The notes under the pieces were generated by a model. That model searched no databases and was not told the DNA's origin. It worked only from the letters and a program-made list of their open reading frames with translations. A program made the position numbers and the translations under genes. Positions 1 to 9,153 of a DNA stretch of 20,944 nucleotides are shown one piece after another. The first letter of the stretch is position 1, and every line of letters begins with the position of its first letter. Source of the DNA: a bacterium (GTDB lineage: Bacteria > Zhuqueibacterota > Zhuqueibacteria > Oceanimicrobiales > Oceanimicrobiaceae). Location of the stretch: NCBI GenBank assembly GCA_046757025.1, contig JBHHXN010000089.1:1-20944 (forward strand), written 5' to 3'.

Positions 1-319
1 CTAGTCGGTGGCCGACTTCCAGCCACGGACCTACTTCGATTCTTTGTTCAAACGCGATGGACACAGAGCAGTTCCTCGATGTTGTACAAAAGCAGCAAAC
101 AGGGCAAATACGAACTGGTAGTAAACACTTTATACAAATCGCTCAAACGAAAGGCTGATTTCATTTCGCTTGCGGCGCAGCACGTAATTCTAAGCGGAAC
201 TCCAAATCAACGCAGCCATTTTGAGCTCACGTAAAAACGTTAACGACGTTCGTCGAACAAATTATTATTTTATTAAAAGGGTGTTAACGATTCTATATGA
301 AAATCTATTCTGAGTCTCT

Positions 320-347
320 TTGAAAATATCAGAATGGATTCTATAAT
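320..347 (+). promoter_or_regulatory. Putative sigma70-type promoter (TTGAAA-16 nt-TATAAT)
   Basis: TTGAAA at 320-325 and TATAAT at 342-347; overlapped by the inverted repeat 302-313/329-340. AT-rich context allows a chance match. Confidence 0.4.
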
Positions 348-542
348 GTGAAAGGATTTATCGATGTCAGGAGCGATCAGGCTTCGGTTGTTACCGAAGA
401 CCGCTCACAGTCATTATATTAAAAAGGCGTTAAGGGTGCTCAGGCTGGATTCTCGGAGAGACATTCAAACTTTTACCATGCGAAATTCTGAAAATGTCAG
501 TTTAGCTTAGTTGTATCAGATTTCACCCCTTTGTCATAAATT

Positions 543-571
543 ATAATACTTAATAATTACTGGAAATGCAA
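543..571 (-). promoter_or_regulatory. Putative sigma70-type promoter (TTGCAT-17 nt-TATTAT) with upstream T-tract
   Basis: On the minus strand TTGCAT (571-566), 17-nt spacer, TATTAT (548-543); the A/T tract just upstream could act as an UP element. Confidence 0.5.
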
Positions 572-1006
572 GAAAAAAAACAACCAAATCGTCCGTATTT
601 TTTAATCAGCTAATAATTTCGCAGCTAGTGGTTTCAATCACGTTCCCCAATATTCAGTCTGTGTGGAAAATGGCACTAAATTGACAAAAGTTTCCCCCCA
701 TTTCGTACCGGAGATTCGAAGGTTTGTTAGATAACGCCGATTCGGTCTTGCAGCACAAGCAGGAGGCATCGTTATTGATTGAAGCCAAAGTGCCGATTTA
801 AAAGTTTCTTACAGAATGATCGTAGCCGTAGGTTTTGCAACTGACTTTACCACGATTCGTATTTTAGATTTACATAAATTTCAAATACTATTGGTTAGTT
901 TTTAGTTGATGTGTCGAGTTTTTTACCCAGTTGCTTAACTGAAAACGAATAGTTAGCCCAATAAATTTTAAGGTTTACATTTACTCAGCCCTAATAACCC
1001 GCACGC

Positions 1007-1579
1007 TCATTTCTTGGTTTCGGTAGCTTTAAACTCCACCACCGGCGCGCGCCAGGTCACCGGGTCGCCCGTAATGTTTTGTCGGTAATTGACCACTTCG
1101 AGTTTATTCGGAATGACCTGAATCAGCAGATAGCTTTCCCGCTTGTCCTTATAATACGCCTTCCAGTTCTTCTTCCAACGTTTGGCTTTTTCAGCGACAT
1201 CGTTGACCAGTTTGGCGGTGCCGATGATGGTGACGTAACCTGCGCCGCTCGGGTCGAGATAAAAAACAGTGACCCGCGGGTCGTTGCGGATCTGTTTGAC
1301 TTTGCGGCTTTGTCGATTTGTACCAAACCAGATCACCATTCCTTCTTCCGGTGGAAAGGGATCCATAGCGCGCGCTTGCGGTTGCCCCTGCTCGTCAAGG
1401 GTGATCAGTACACAAAAACGAGTGGAATCGATGAGGTCACGGGCGGCAGCTAACAGAACCTTGCGTGTCGGTTGGGCGGGCTGCTGGGATTGCGCCCGCA
1501 GTTCTCCCATGATGAAATAGCTCAAAATCAAACAGACGATTAGAGACCGCGCTTTGGTATTCTTGCTTGTTAAACACAT
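1007..1579 (-). CDS. Pyridoxamine 5'-phosphate oxidase-like / general stress protein 26-type FMN-binding split-barrel protein with putative signal peptide
   Basis: Motifs LITLD..GQPQARAM, IWFGT..SRKVKQIRNDPRV, GYVTIIGTA. AAGGA RBS precedes the ATG; hydrophobic N-terminus ends LRA-Q. Confidence 0.85.
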   Translation of the reverse strand: MCLTSKNTKARSLIVCLILSYFIMGELRAQSQQPAQPTRKVLLAAARDLIDSTRFCVLITLDEQGQPQARAMDPFPPEEGMVIWFGTNRQSRKVKQIRNDPRVTVFYLDPSGAGYVTIIGTAKLVNDVAEKAKRWKKNWKAYYKDKRESYLLIQVIPNKLEVVNYRQNITGDPVTWRAPVVEFKATETKK

Positions 1580-1689
1580 CTGTTATTTCCTTTTAATCTA
1601 CAGTTAAAAAAATTAAATTGCAGAGCGGTTTGGTTTTTTTGGCAGTCCTGACTATGGCTTATTTCAACGACTCCCCGGACACCGCTCTT

Positions 1690-1716
1690 AATCTCTCTGC
1701 AAGGAGAGAGATTTTT
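1690..1716. terminator. Stem-loop just downstream of the 236-aa gene (possible terminator or REP-like palindrome)
   Basis: AATCTCTCT (1690-1698), 6-nt loop, AGAGAGATT (1705-1713). The T-run is on the + side only, so function for the minus-strand gene is uncertain. Confidence 0.4.
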
Positions 1717-1720
1717 GATT

Positions 1721-2431
1721 TCAATTGTCATATTCTTCCCTGACTTTGGCCATGAAGCCGGAAGTGCTCACAAATATTTCATATACCTGATTTGTGGAAG
1801 GATAAGTAAAAACCGTGTTGCCATACACCGCGGTGACGAAGCGGATTTTATGACCGTATTTAAACAGCCAGCGCCATTGCGGATCTTCCTCGTGCTCCAC
1901 CAGGCTGTAAACGCTGGGAGGGTTGTCAATCTCATCCTGAAAATTGACGTATCGGCCGCGCACCCGGGTCATTTTAAACATGGTGTGCACGCCAAAGAAA
2001 TTCAACCAATCGTCCCATTTCAGAATCTGCCCTTCCAGCGCCCACTGATCGCCGTTTAAAAGAAAGGTCTGAGGCGTTTGCAGTTTACCGTCTTTTACGG
2101 GCGTGTATTGCAGATAGAGGGAGTTTTCGCTGTCGGCCAGAGGAATGCAGCGCACTTCCGCCACCAGCACGTTTCGAGTAAACTTTTGGTAGGATTGAAT
2201 GAAAGCCGCCAGAAAGAGCACCGCCGCCGACACCGCGATCCAGAGAAATGTGAGCGTGAATTGTGAGATGTTGCGGGTGAAGCTGACTCGCTCGAAACGA
2301 TTGCGACGAATTCGCTGTACCGTTCGTTTGATCTTTTTAAATATCAAACCGATAAACGACAGCACACCCAGAACCAGGGAAACGACCGCGATATAAATGA
2401 TGAGGCTGGTTTCAAACGGAAATTCGATCAT
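1721..2431 (-). CDS. Conserved hypothetical membrane protein (2 N-terminal TM helices plus soluble domain)
   Basis: 236-aa ORF with two hydrophobic stretches separated by a basic loop; conserved-looking motif LNGDQWALEGQILKW...RVRGRY...YG...VSTSG. Confidence 0.75.
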   Translation of the reverse strand: MIEFPFETSLIIYIAVVSLVLGVLSFIGLIFKKIKRTVQRIRRNRFERVSFTRNISQFTLTFLWIAVSAAVLFLAAFIQSYQKFTRNVLVAEVRCIPLADSENSLYLQYTPVKDGKLQTPQTFLLNGDQWALEGQILKWDDWLNFFGVHTMFKMTRVRGRYVNFQDEIDNPPSVYSLVEHEEDPQWRWLFKYGHKIRFVTAVYGNTVFTYPSTNQVYEIFVSTSGFMAKVREEYDN

Positions 2432-2539
2432 TATTGGTATAACGATTTATTAAAAGAGTTCAGGCGTCTTTTGCTTATTTATTTGATCAATCGTTGGACA
2501 GGATTTACCAGATTGAACGGATGACTAAATTTCATTTTT

Positions 2540-2695
2540 TAGTGTCCATCCGTAAAGAGCCTTTTTTTTTGTCATTCCTGCAATCTTTAAGCGGGAGGAA
2601 TCCCTTGTTCCGTTAGGCACGAGATTCCCGATGAGCTTGTCCCTGCATGTTTTAAGCAGGGAGCACTCGGGAATGCCGATTATGGATGGACACTA
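2540..2695. mobile_element. 156-bp MITE-like element with 16-bp terminal inverted repeats and internal REP-like palindromes
   Basis: TAGTGTCCATCCGTAA (2540-2555) vs TTATGGATGGACACTA (2680-2695), 15/16 complementary, TA at both ends. Internal stems 2624-2631/2667-2674 and 2640-2646/2656-2662. Confidence 0.65.
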
Positions 2696-2798
2696 TTTAG
2701 TCAATTCTGTTTTCAGATTTATGAGATTTGATAGTCTTCCGGCCCCTCCTGTCAAAAAATACGGATGTGTGTTTTGATTTTCAACTAATATATTTAAT

Positions 2799-3983
2799 TC
2801 AAATCAAAATGCGTATAGTGGTACCCTCACCCAATTTGCTTTCCTTTACAAACAGCTTGCCGCCGTGGTAATCTTCCACGATGCGTTTGGCCAGGCTTAA
2901 ACCCAGGCCCCAGCCGCGTTTTTTCGTGCTGTAGCCCGGTTTAAAAATATCCTTTTTTCTGGAATTCTCGATGCCGCGGCCGTTGTCCGAAATATCCAAA
3001 ACATATTTATGCCGGCCGTTTTTCTTTTCACTCAGATGAAGGGTAATTTGACCGGTCGCTTTTTCGATGGCATCGAGAGCGTTTTTCAATAAATTTTCGA
3101 GCACCCATTCAAACAGTTCTTTGTTCAGCGGCATCGTGGGTTCCACTTCAAAATTTTCTACGATCTTGACTTTTTTACCCCACTGCGGCAGCCGGCGCTT
3201 AAAATATTTTACCACTTCGGAAACCACCAAATGTATTTTGACGTTCTTCAAATCGGCTTTGGAACCGATCTGCGAAAAGCGCGCGGTGATTTTATTCAAG
3301 CGTTCGATATCTTTTTCCATCTCGGCCAGCGTTTTACTGCTCTCTTTACTTTTGGTTTTCGATTTCAAAATCTCGATCCAGCCCATCATCGATGACAACG
3401 GGGTGCCGATTTGATGGGCGGTTTCTTTGGACATACCCACCCAAATGAATTGCTCTTCGCTGCGCTGAATGCTGCGAAATCCAAAAAATCCGATCAGAAT
3501 AAACAGGCCCACCACACAAATTTGAATATACGGTAGCATCTGCAATTGTTTGATCAATTTGGAATCGCCATAAATAAGATAACCCAGAATGATATCTTCA
3601 TATTTTAATGGGATGGGCTCGGCCTCTTTTTTCATGACCTCGATCATGCTTTTTACTTTTTTGATGGCCTCTTCTGAGCGGTCGTCGATGTCCACATCGA
3701 TGCCCTGCCAGGCATTGGGCTGGCCTTCATAGTCTGTGAGCACGATTGGGAAGTTTGTGCGCAGAATGATCTGATTGAAAATGAAATCTAAATTGGCGTC
3801 GGATTCGGTGGTGGCCACCGAAGCGTAGAGCTGGGCATAAAACAGCAGAATCTCTCGGGATTCAGCCCGCAGGTCGTTGACGATGCGCTGACTATAAAAC
3901 AGCATCACGATGATGATGAGAATCCCTAAAATAAATAATAATCCTTTAAACCGGCCTTTAAGATTGTAAAAATTGATCTTCAT
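2799..3983 (-). CDS. Membrane-bound sensor histidine kinase (2 TM, HisKA + HATPase), FCB-group/PorY-like type
   Basis: H-box KETAHQIGTPLSS, N-box ENLLKNALDA, G1 DNGRGI, F-box IFKPGYSTK, G2 GWGLGL. Start placed at ATG 3983 (MKINF), which overlaps the YfhO TGA as ATGA. Confidence 0.92.
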   Translation of the reverse strand: MKINFYNLKGRFKGLLFILGILIIIVMLFYSQRIVNDLRAESREILLFYAQLYASVATTESDANLDFIFNQIILRTNFPIVLTDYEGQPNAWQGIDVDIDDRSEEAIKKVKSMIEVMKKEAEPIPLKYEDIILGYLIYGDSKLIKQLQMLPYIQICVVGLFILIGFFGFRSIQRSEEQFIWVGMSKETAHQIGTPLSSMMGWIEILKSKTKSKESSKTLAEMEKDIERLNKITARFSQIGSKADLKNVKIHLVVSEVVKYFKRRLPQWGKKVKIVENFEVEPTMPLNKELFEWVLENLLKNALDAIEKATGQITLHLSEKKNGRHKYVLDISDNGRGIENSRKKDIFKPGYSTKKRGWGLGLSLAKRIVEDYHGGKLFVKESKLGEGTTIRILI

Positions 3984-6511
3984 GCCGCAACCACCGTGAG
4001 CGGTTTGGGGCGTTGAAATCGCCACTGATAAACCAATATCGCTAACAAGACAAAGAGAATGCCGAAAGTCAGCCAGACTCCCAGAGTAAAGGACGTGGGT
4101 TCAAAAACAAATTGGATTTTGTGATCGCCAGGCGGCAACAAAATCGAGCGCAAAAGATAATCGGTTTTGTATATTTTTGTCTCTTTGCCATCCACGTAGG
4201 CTTTCCAGCCGGCGGGATAGTAGATCTCGCTCAAAACCAGCAGAGCGGGCTTTGCCACCTGCGCCGTGAGCTTGATTTCATGGATTCCGTAATCAGTGAT
4301 AACAACGCGATTTTCAGCGGAGGGCTCGATATCAAAAGCCGGTTCTTCTTCCAGCAGGGCTTCCTTGCCGGGTTGAAAATCGCCGCTTTTGAGATAGTCA
4401 AAAAATTCATCGGGATGTTTGAGCACGGTGATTTTGTCCACAAAAAAAGCGCGCGGCAGCACGCCGGTATTTTCAAAAACCGCCGGTTGGCCCTGAAATA
4501 CCTGTTTAAATCGTGCATCCGGAATTGGATAAAATGAGATGAGATATTTGACGTTCAACATGTCCAGAATGGCGTTGTCAGTGCGGATACGGGCGGCTGG
4601 AATTTGCTCCGGCGGCACCACTTGCAGAGAAGGCTGGCCATCGTTGAAAATGAGTTTCAAATACTTGGCCAGAAACGGCGGAAATCCGTAGCGGTTGCGG
4701 GTGTCGATTTCGGTGCGTTCTAAAAAGGTCTGGTAGATTTTCAGTTTGGCAGCGTGGTACCCGCGGATGTTTTGAATTTTATGATACATGTACCAGTTCT
4801 CGGGTTTGTTGTCGTACACCGGAAAAATGCGGAACGGCTCAACGGATTTCTGGCTTTTGAGGAACTGCACAGCCGGCGTTTCCGCAAAATAATTCTCCTT
4901 TTGCACTTGCGGCTTGGGGTTGATGATTTTAAAATCGACCCACCAGAGGTCCACCACCAACAAAAGGATCAAAGCTCCGCCCAACATATTGCCCGATATC
5001 TTACCTTTTAAAAAGTACCGCACCAAAAATCCAGAACCGCCGATGAGAAACATCATTTTAAGCGCATCAGACACCGCACTTTTATAAGCTGCTTCTCGCA
5101 CAGCGGCGGACATTTGTTTGCCGGAAGCGATGATTAAATTTAAGAAAGTCGATTCTCCAAAAGCTAAAAACAGGGTGAATAACGTCCCGATTCCAGCAAA
5201 CACATAAATGTATAAGCGAACATGTTTATGTTTAAAATGGTCTTTTAAATTTGTAAGCGCATTCAAACCCAATCCCGCTAAAACCGCCATTGCAAAACCG
5301 AGCAAAATATGGATCATGGTGGGCACCCGGAACTTGTTGAAAAAGGGTAAAAATTTGAACAACGGTCCATATAAAATGGGCAGATGTTTGCCGAATGAGA
5401 CCACCAGAGAAACCAATGCCAAAATGGTAAAAAACACCACGTATTTGTCGCGATTCAGAAGTAGCGCCAGACCGGCAAAAAACAGCGTGACGACGCCAAA
5501 GTAAAGGGGATAATCCGTAAACGGCATGGGGCCCCAGTAAGTTTCGCCGCCGAATCCCATAAAGGACGGGATAAAAAAAGTGACCATTTCTTTTGGTGAA
5601 AACGACCAGTTGGTGGCATAAATATAATCCAGACCCGTGCCGCCGCCGCGGATGGAATAGTGAGCATATTCCAGCACGGAAAGATAGAGCCAGGAAGACA
5701 TGGCCACGCCCACCACTAGGGCCGCAACCACCAGAGATATTGATTTCAAAATTTCCATTTTCGAATGTTTTTTAATCAGGCTTTCCACAAACCAGTAAAC
5801 CAGGTAAAACCCGATCATCATGAATGTGTAGTAGGCGATTTGGGTGTGCGCCCGCAACAACTGAAAACCCACTGATAGAGCTAACAAGGCGAAATAATGC
5901 AATTGCCGTTTTTGCAGCAGCTCATCTAATAAAAGAAAAATGAGTGGAATAAAAACCGCGGTGGCGATTTTGGTGTTATGGCCGAAGGCGGTAAACGAAA
6001 TGATTTGCGGTTGAAAAACCAGCGCCAGCGCACAAAACAGGGCAGCCATGCGCGATCGGGCGGTCCTCATCATTAGCAAGTATGTAAACAAACCGAACAA
6101 AAAATAGTTAGCAAAGACTCTGAAGAATTCGGGCAGAGGAAAAATTTTGGACAGAAGCCAGTAAACGCCCAAAATCACATCCCCGAAGATGTCCACATAC
6201 GGTGCGCTGTGCAGGCTGGCAAAGGAGGGCATGCCGGAAAAATTGTAGGGATTCCACAGGGGATAGGTGCCTTGCTGCAAATTTCCCTTCACAAAAGTCA
6301 CCATGCTTTTTGAATTGATGCTATCCGAAGATAAAAAAGTTTTTCCGCCAAATAGGAGTTCATTGAAAGTGATCAGCAGCAGCAAAAAGAGAATGAGCAG
6401 CGGAATGAGGTTGGGGTAAGCGGTTACCAATCTTTTTATCGAGCTCGTGGAAGACGCCACAGGCCTGGAAAGTTTTTTTTCGCTGCGGGTTTTCTTTTTC
6501 TTTTTGGACAT
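3980..6511 (-). CDS. YfhO-family integral membrane protein (predicted GT-C glycosyltransferase)
   Basis: 843 aa, many TM helices plus a large C-terminal soluble loop. Motifs LWNPYNFSGMP, HTQIAYY, YWGPMPFT..P.YFG, KFRVP, GYHAAKL, LDMLNVKY, SEIYYPAGWKAYVDG. AAGGT RBS. Confidence 0.85.
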   Translation of the reverse strand: MSKKKKKTRSEKKLSRPVASSTSSIKRLVTAYPNLIPLLILFLLLLITFNELLFGGKTFLSSDSINSKSMVTFVKGNLQQGTYPLWNPYNFSGMPSFASLHSAPYVDIFGDVILGVYWLLSKIFPLPEFFRVFANYFLFGLFTYLLMMRTARSRMAALFCALALVFQPQIISFTAFGHNTKIATAVFIPLIFLLLDELLQKRQLHYFALLALSVGFQLLRAHTQIAYYTFMMIGFYLVYWFVESLIKKHSKMEILKSISLVVAALVVGVAMSSWLYLSVLEYAHYSIRGGGTGLDYIYATNWSFSPKEMVTFFIPSFMGFGGETYWGPMPFTDYPLYFGVVTLFFAGLALLLNRDKYVVFFTILALVSLVVSFGKHLPILYGPLFKFLPFFNKFRVPTMIHILLGFAMAVLAGLGLNALTNLKDHFKHKHVRLYIYVFAGIGTLFTLFLAFGESTFLNLIIASGKQMSAAVREAAYKSAVSDALKMMFLIGGSGFLVRYFLKGKISGNMLGGALILLLVVDLWWVDFKIINPKPQVQKENYFAETPAVQFLKSQKSVEPFRIFPVYDNKPENWYMYHKIQNIRGYHAAKLKIYQTFLERTEIDTRNRYGFPPFLAKYLKLIFNDGQPSLQVVPPEQIPAARIRTDNAILDMLNVKYLISFYPIPDARFKQVFQGQPAVFENTGVLPRAFFVDKITVLKHPDEFFDYLKSGDFQPGKEALLEEEPAFDIEPSAENRVVITDYGIHEIKLTAQVAKPALLVLSEIYYPAGWKAYVDGKETKIYKTDYLLRSILLPPGDHKIQFVFEPTSFTLGVWLTFGILFVLLAILVYQWRFQRPKPLTVVAA

Positions 6512-6542
6512 ATTTTTTACCTTGAGTTGAATTATGGCAAAT

Positions 6543-6571
6543 ATAATAATGAAATCTCAAAAAAAAGTAAA
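6543..6571 (-). promoter_or_regulatory. Putative promoter of the yfhO-kinase unit (TTTACT-17 nt-TATTAT)
   Basis: Minus-strand hexamers at 6571-6566 and 6548-6543 in the ~100-bp gap ahead of the YfhO ATG. Confidence 0.45.
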
Positions 6572-6612
6572 GGGAAGAATGCAATTATTCACACGAATCA
6601 ACAGTCAAATTA

Positions 6613-8094
6613 TTAAGGAGCTCCGTGCACAAAATTGACCACCTGTCTTTTGATTTCTTTGAGTGAAATGAGTTTCAGCAGAATCATCGCCACCGGCAAC
6701 AGAAGAATGAGACCGAAGTCTTTGGCAAAATTCAAATAAGTGTGATGGATCCGGACCAGACTCAAACTAAAAACCCCCACACCCAGGAAAACGGTCGCAA
6801 GCATTTTATGCCAGCGCCAGTTAATGAACAAAACCTTTTGAGACAGTCTCAGTACCAGTAACATCAAGAACAGATAGGAGACGATGGTTGCGATGGCGGC
6901 TCCCAGAATGCCCCAGGCTGGTATCAGCAAAAAGTTCAGGAGAATATTCATGGCTGCGGTTATCAGGCTAAAACCGGTCATTTGCAGGGATTTAAGGTGG
7001 AGCAACGCGCCGGATTTGAAAACGTTTTGTAATCCATACAGTAAATAGGAGAAGGCAATCCACGGGATGATGATATAAGCGGAATGGTAGGCTTCCACAG
7101 TAGAAACTTGCAATAAATACCTGGAGAGTACCGACACCATCAGCCACACCAGGATGCCAATTTGAGTAAAGTGCAGGGCGATTTTTTGATAGGTGATCTT
7201 TTGGTCCGGCGCATTTTCCAGGCGAAACATGATGGGCTGCCAGGCCTGAACGAACGGTGTGACCAGAACCATATTCAATATCATTCCAAATTTGTAAGCA
7301 ATGCCGTAAATGCCGCTTGCCTCTGTGGAAATCAATTGCTTTATGATTAATCTATCCGACATGGTAAGAATCAAAAGGCCGATGCCGTGAAAGATGAGCG
7401 GAAAACCGTAACGCAACGACCGCTTCACATTAGCAAAGTAAAAATGCACGCGGTACGATTTAATCACGTGCACCACGGCGATGATAAAAATCAACGTCGA
7501 GGCGATGAGTTTGGCATAAATGACGCCCCATAAACCTAACTTGAATCCCACCACAAACCAGATGGTGAGACCAATAAGTAAAACAAAGTCGATCAAAACC
7601 ACGACGGTAAATAAAAGGGCTTTTTCAATGATGCGCAAGAGCGTCAATATAAAGACTCGGGCCAGACCCAAAAACAGAGCGACAAAAAATAACTGCAGTA
7701 ATTTTGTAAAGCTTGCATCGGAAAGATAGTATTGAGCGACCAAACGGCTCAAGGGAATCAAGAAAATGAGTAGAACGGCATTCGAAATCAGAATGAAAAA
7801 AAAATGACTGAAAATGAGTCGCTTTTCATTCCCACTGGATTTTTCTACATTAAAAAAACGCCAGAGGGAGTTGAGCATTCCCAACGGCGCCACATAATTG
7901 TACAGAACTTCCAGAAGTTCTAACAAAATAATGATACCAACTTCGTAGGTGGATAAGTACCTGGTGTATAACGGAATTAACAGAAACGTAACGCTTTTTA
8001 CACCGATGTTGCCCACGCTGTAAATGAGCGTGTTTTTGCTGACTCGGCTTAACTCCTGATCAACATTCTGACTGTTCATTCGATGGGAATTCAT
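6613..8094 (-). CDS. wzx: Wzx-type oligosaccharide flippase (MOP/PST family)
   Basis: About 14 hydrophobic segments; motifs NTLIYSVGN..FLLIPLYTRYLS, YGFPL, SDRLII..GIYGIAYKF, LNFLLIPAWGILGAAIAT. Start probably ATG 8094 or 8079 rather than 8133. Confidence 0.88.
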   Translation of the reverse strand: MNSHRMNSQNVDQELSRVSKNTLIYSVGNIGVKSVTFLLIPLYTRYLSTYEVGIIILLELLEVLYNYVAPLGMLNSLWRFFNVEKSSGNEKRLIFSHFFFILISNAVLLIFLIPLSRLVAQYYLSDASFTKLLQLFFVALFLGLARVFILTLLRIIEKALLFTVVVLIDFVLLIGLTIWFVVGFKLGLWGVIYAKLIASTLIFIIAVVHVIKSYRVHFYFANVKRSLRYGFPLIFHGIGLLILTMSDRLIIKQLISTEASGIYGIAYKFGMILNMVLVTPFVQAWQPIMFRLENAPDQKITYQKIALHFTQIGILVWLMVSVLSRYLLQVSTVEAYHSAYIIIPWIAFSYLLYGLQNVFKSGALLHLKSLQMTGFSLITAAMNILLNFLLIPAWGILGAAIATIVSYLFLMLLVLRLSQKVLFINWRWHKMLATVFLGVGVFSLSLVRIHHTYLNFAKDFGLILLLPVAMILLKLISLKEIKRQVVNFVHGAP

Positions 8095-8142
8095 TTGGCA
8101 TGCAAAATAGTAATTGGAAAGGTGAACCAACAACCGGCATAT

Positions 8143-9117
8143 TTAATCAACGCGGTAACCTTTCTTGATGAGACGATCTTTGAGCAATTTGATGGTGAGC
8201 ATCTGCTCTTCCGGCGAAAGATGTTTTTTCCATTTGCCGATGGATTTTTTGTTGATGGGATTTTGAACATTTTTAAGGTGCTCCAAAGCCTCATCGCCTA
8301 GTTTTACCGTCATGTTTTCAATCATTTCCGGTAAGTATTCGATTTCTAAAAAACGGCAAATTTTATCTGTCAGCTCCGCCGGTTTCTCTACCAGATCTTC
8401 ATAACGCAAGGAAATTATTTGACCGGGTCCACAGGATTTTTCGAAGCGGTCCGCTGCATCCAGCGAGGTATTCCAACGATGGCAGGCGGCCTCAACGGAG
8501 GGCATCAGTTTTGCTTTTAGATACGAGCTCACCACGTCGCGGCCATCTCGCAGCAAATGGAGGTACCTCGCGCGTGGAAAGACTTTTTTTATCCACTTCA
8601 ATCGCAAGGTGTTGAACGGGGTCTTATCGCCCCAGATGGTGGCTGTCGATTTGTGTTTTTGAAGATAGCACTGGTAAACAGAGTGAATGATTCGGGCGAG
8701 AGAACGATCCCGTTCAGGTGTGTCGTATAATTCAAAACGGATGGGCCACAAATCCGTCTCCCAATATTGAAAGGTTGGATGCGCGTGAAATTCACCAAGC
8801 ACGACGTTGACCAAATCTTGCCAGTCCAATCCATTGTACCGGATATATTTCTTAATGGCGTTGAGCAGACCGTATGTTTCGGGAGGGATGGCGATGGCCG
8901 GGTGCCGCATCAAAATGGTTCTCAGCAAAGTCGTGCCGGAGCGGCCGGAGCCAATGATAAAAAAGGGCCGAAACGTCTCCTTCTGTTCTTTTGTGATGAG
9001 GGGATGATTTCGAAAAATGGTCAAAAAGAGCTGAGCCAATTGTAAGGTCAGTGGGCTCAATAATTTTTGTTTAGTTTCTTTGAGAAATGGCAGGTTCATT
9101 TTTACGAGCGCGATCAA
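8143..9117 (-). CDS. PAPS-dependent sulfotransferase
   Basis: 5'-PSB loop IIGSGRSGTTLL, WGDKTP, 3'-PB LLRDGRDVVSS, RYEDL, IGKWK. Start uncertain (TTG 9117 or ATG 9099). Confidence 0.9.
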   Translation of the reverse strand: MIALVKMNLPFLKETKQKLLSPLTLQLAQLFLTIFRNHPLITKEQKETFRPFFIIGSGRSGTTLLRTILMRHPAIAIPPETYGLLNAIKKYIRYNGLDWQDLVNVVLGEFHAHPTFQYWETDLWPIRFELYDTPERDRSLARIIHSVYQCYLQKHKSTATIWGDKTPFNTLRLKWIKKVFPRARYLHLLRDGRDVVSSYLKAKLMPSVEAACHRWNTSLDAADRFEKSCGPGQIISLRYEDLVEKPAELTDKICRFLEIEYLPEMIENMTVKLGDEALEHLKNVQNPINKKSIGKWKKHLSPEEQMLTIKLLKDRLIKKGYRVD

Positions 9118-9153
9118 TTATCCAATTTTTTTGCATTGACGGCAATTTTTGAT

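Noticed and set aside
1..234. Open frame +1 running in from the left edge (LVGGRLP...HFELT*)
   Set aside because: No recognisable motif or start in view; cannot be told apart from a chance open frame.
662..670. DnaA-box-like TTTTCCACA (minus strand) suggesting oriC
   Set aside because: Single box, no cluster and no replication genes nearby.
6538..6545. TATATTTG matching the Bacteroidota -7 promoter consensus
   Set aside because: Explained equally well by a sigma70-type promoter, and other promoter candidates in the window lack this motif.
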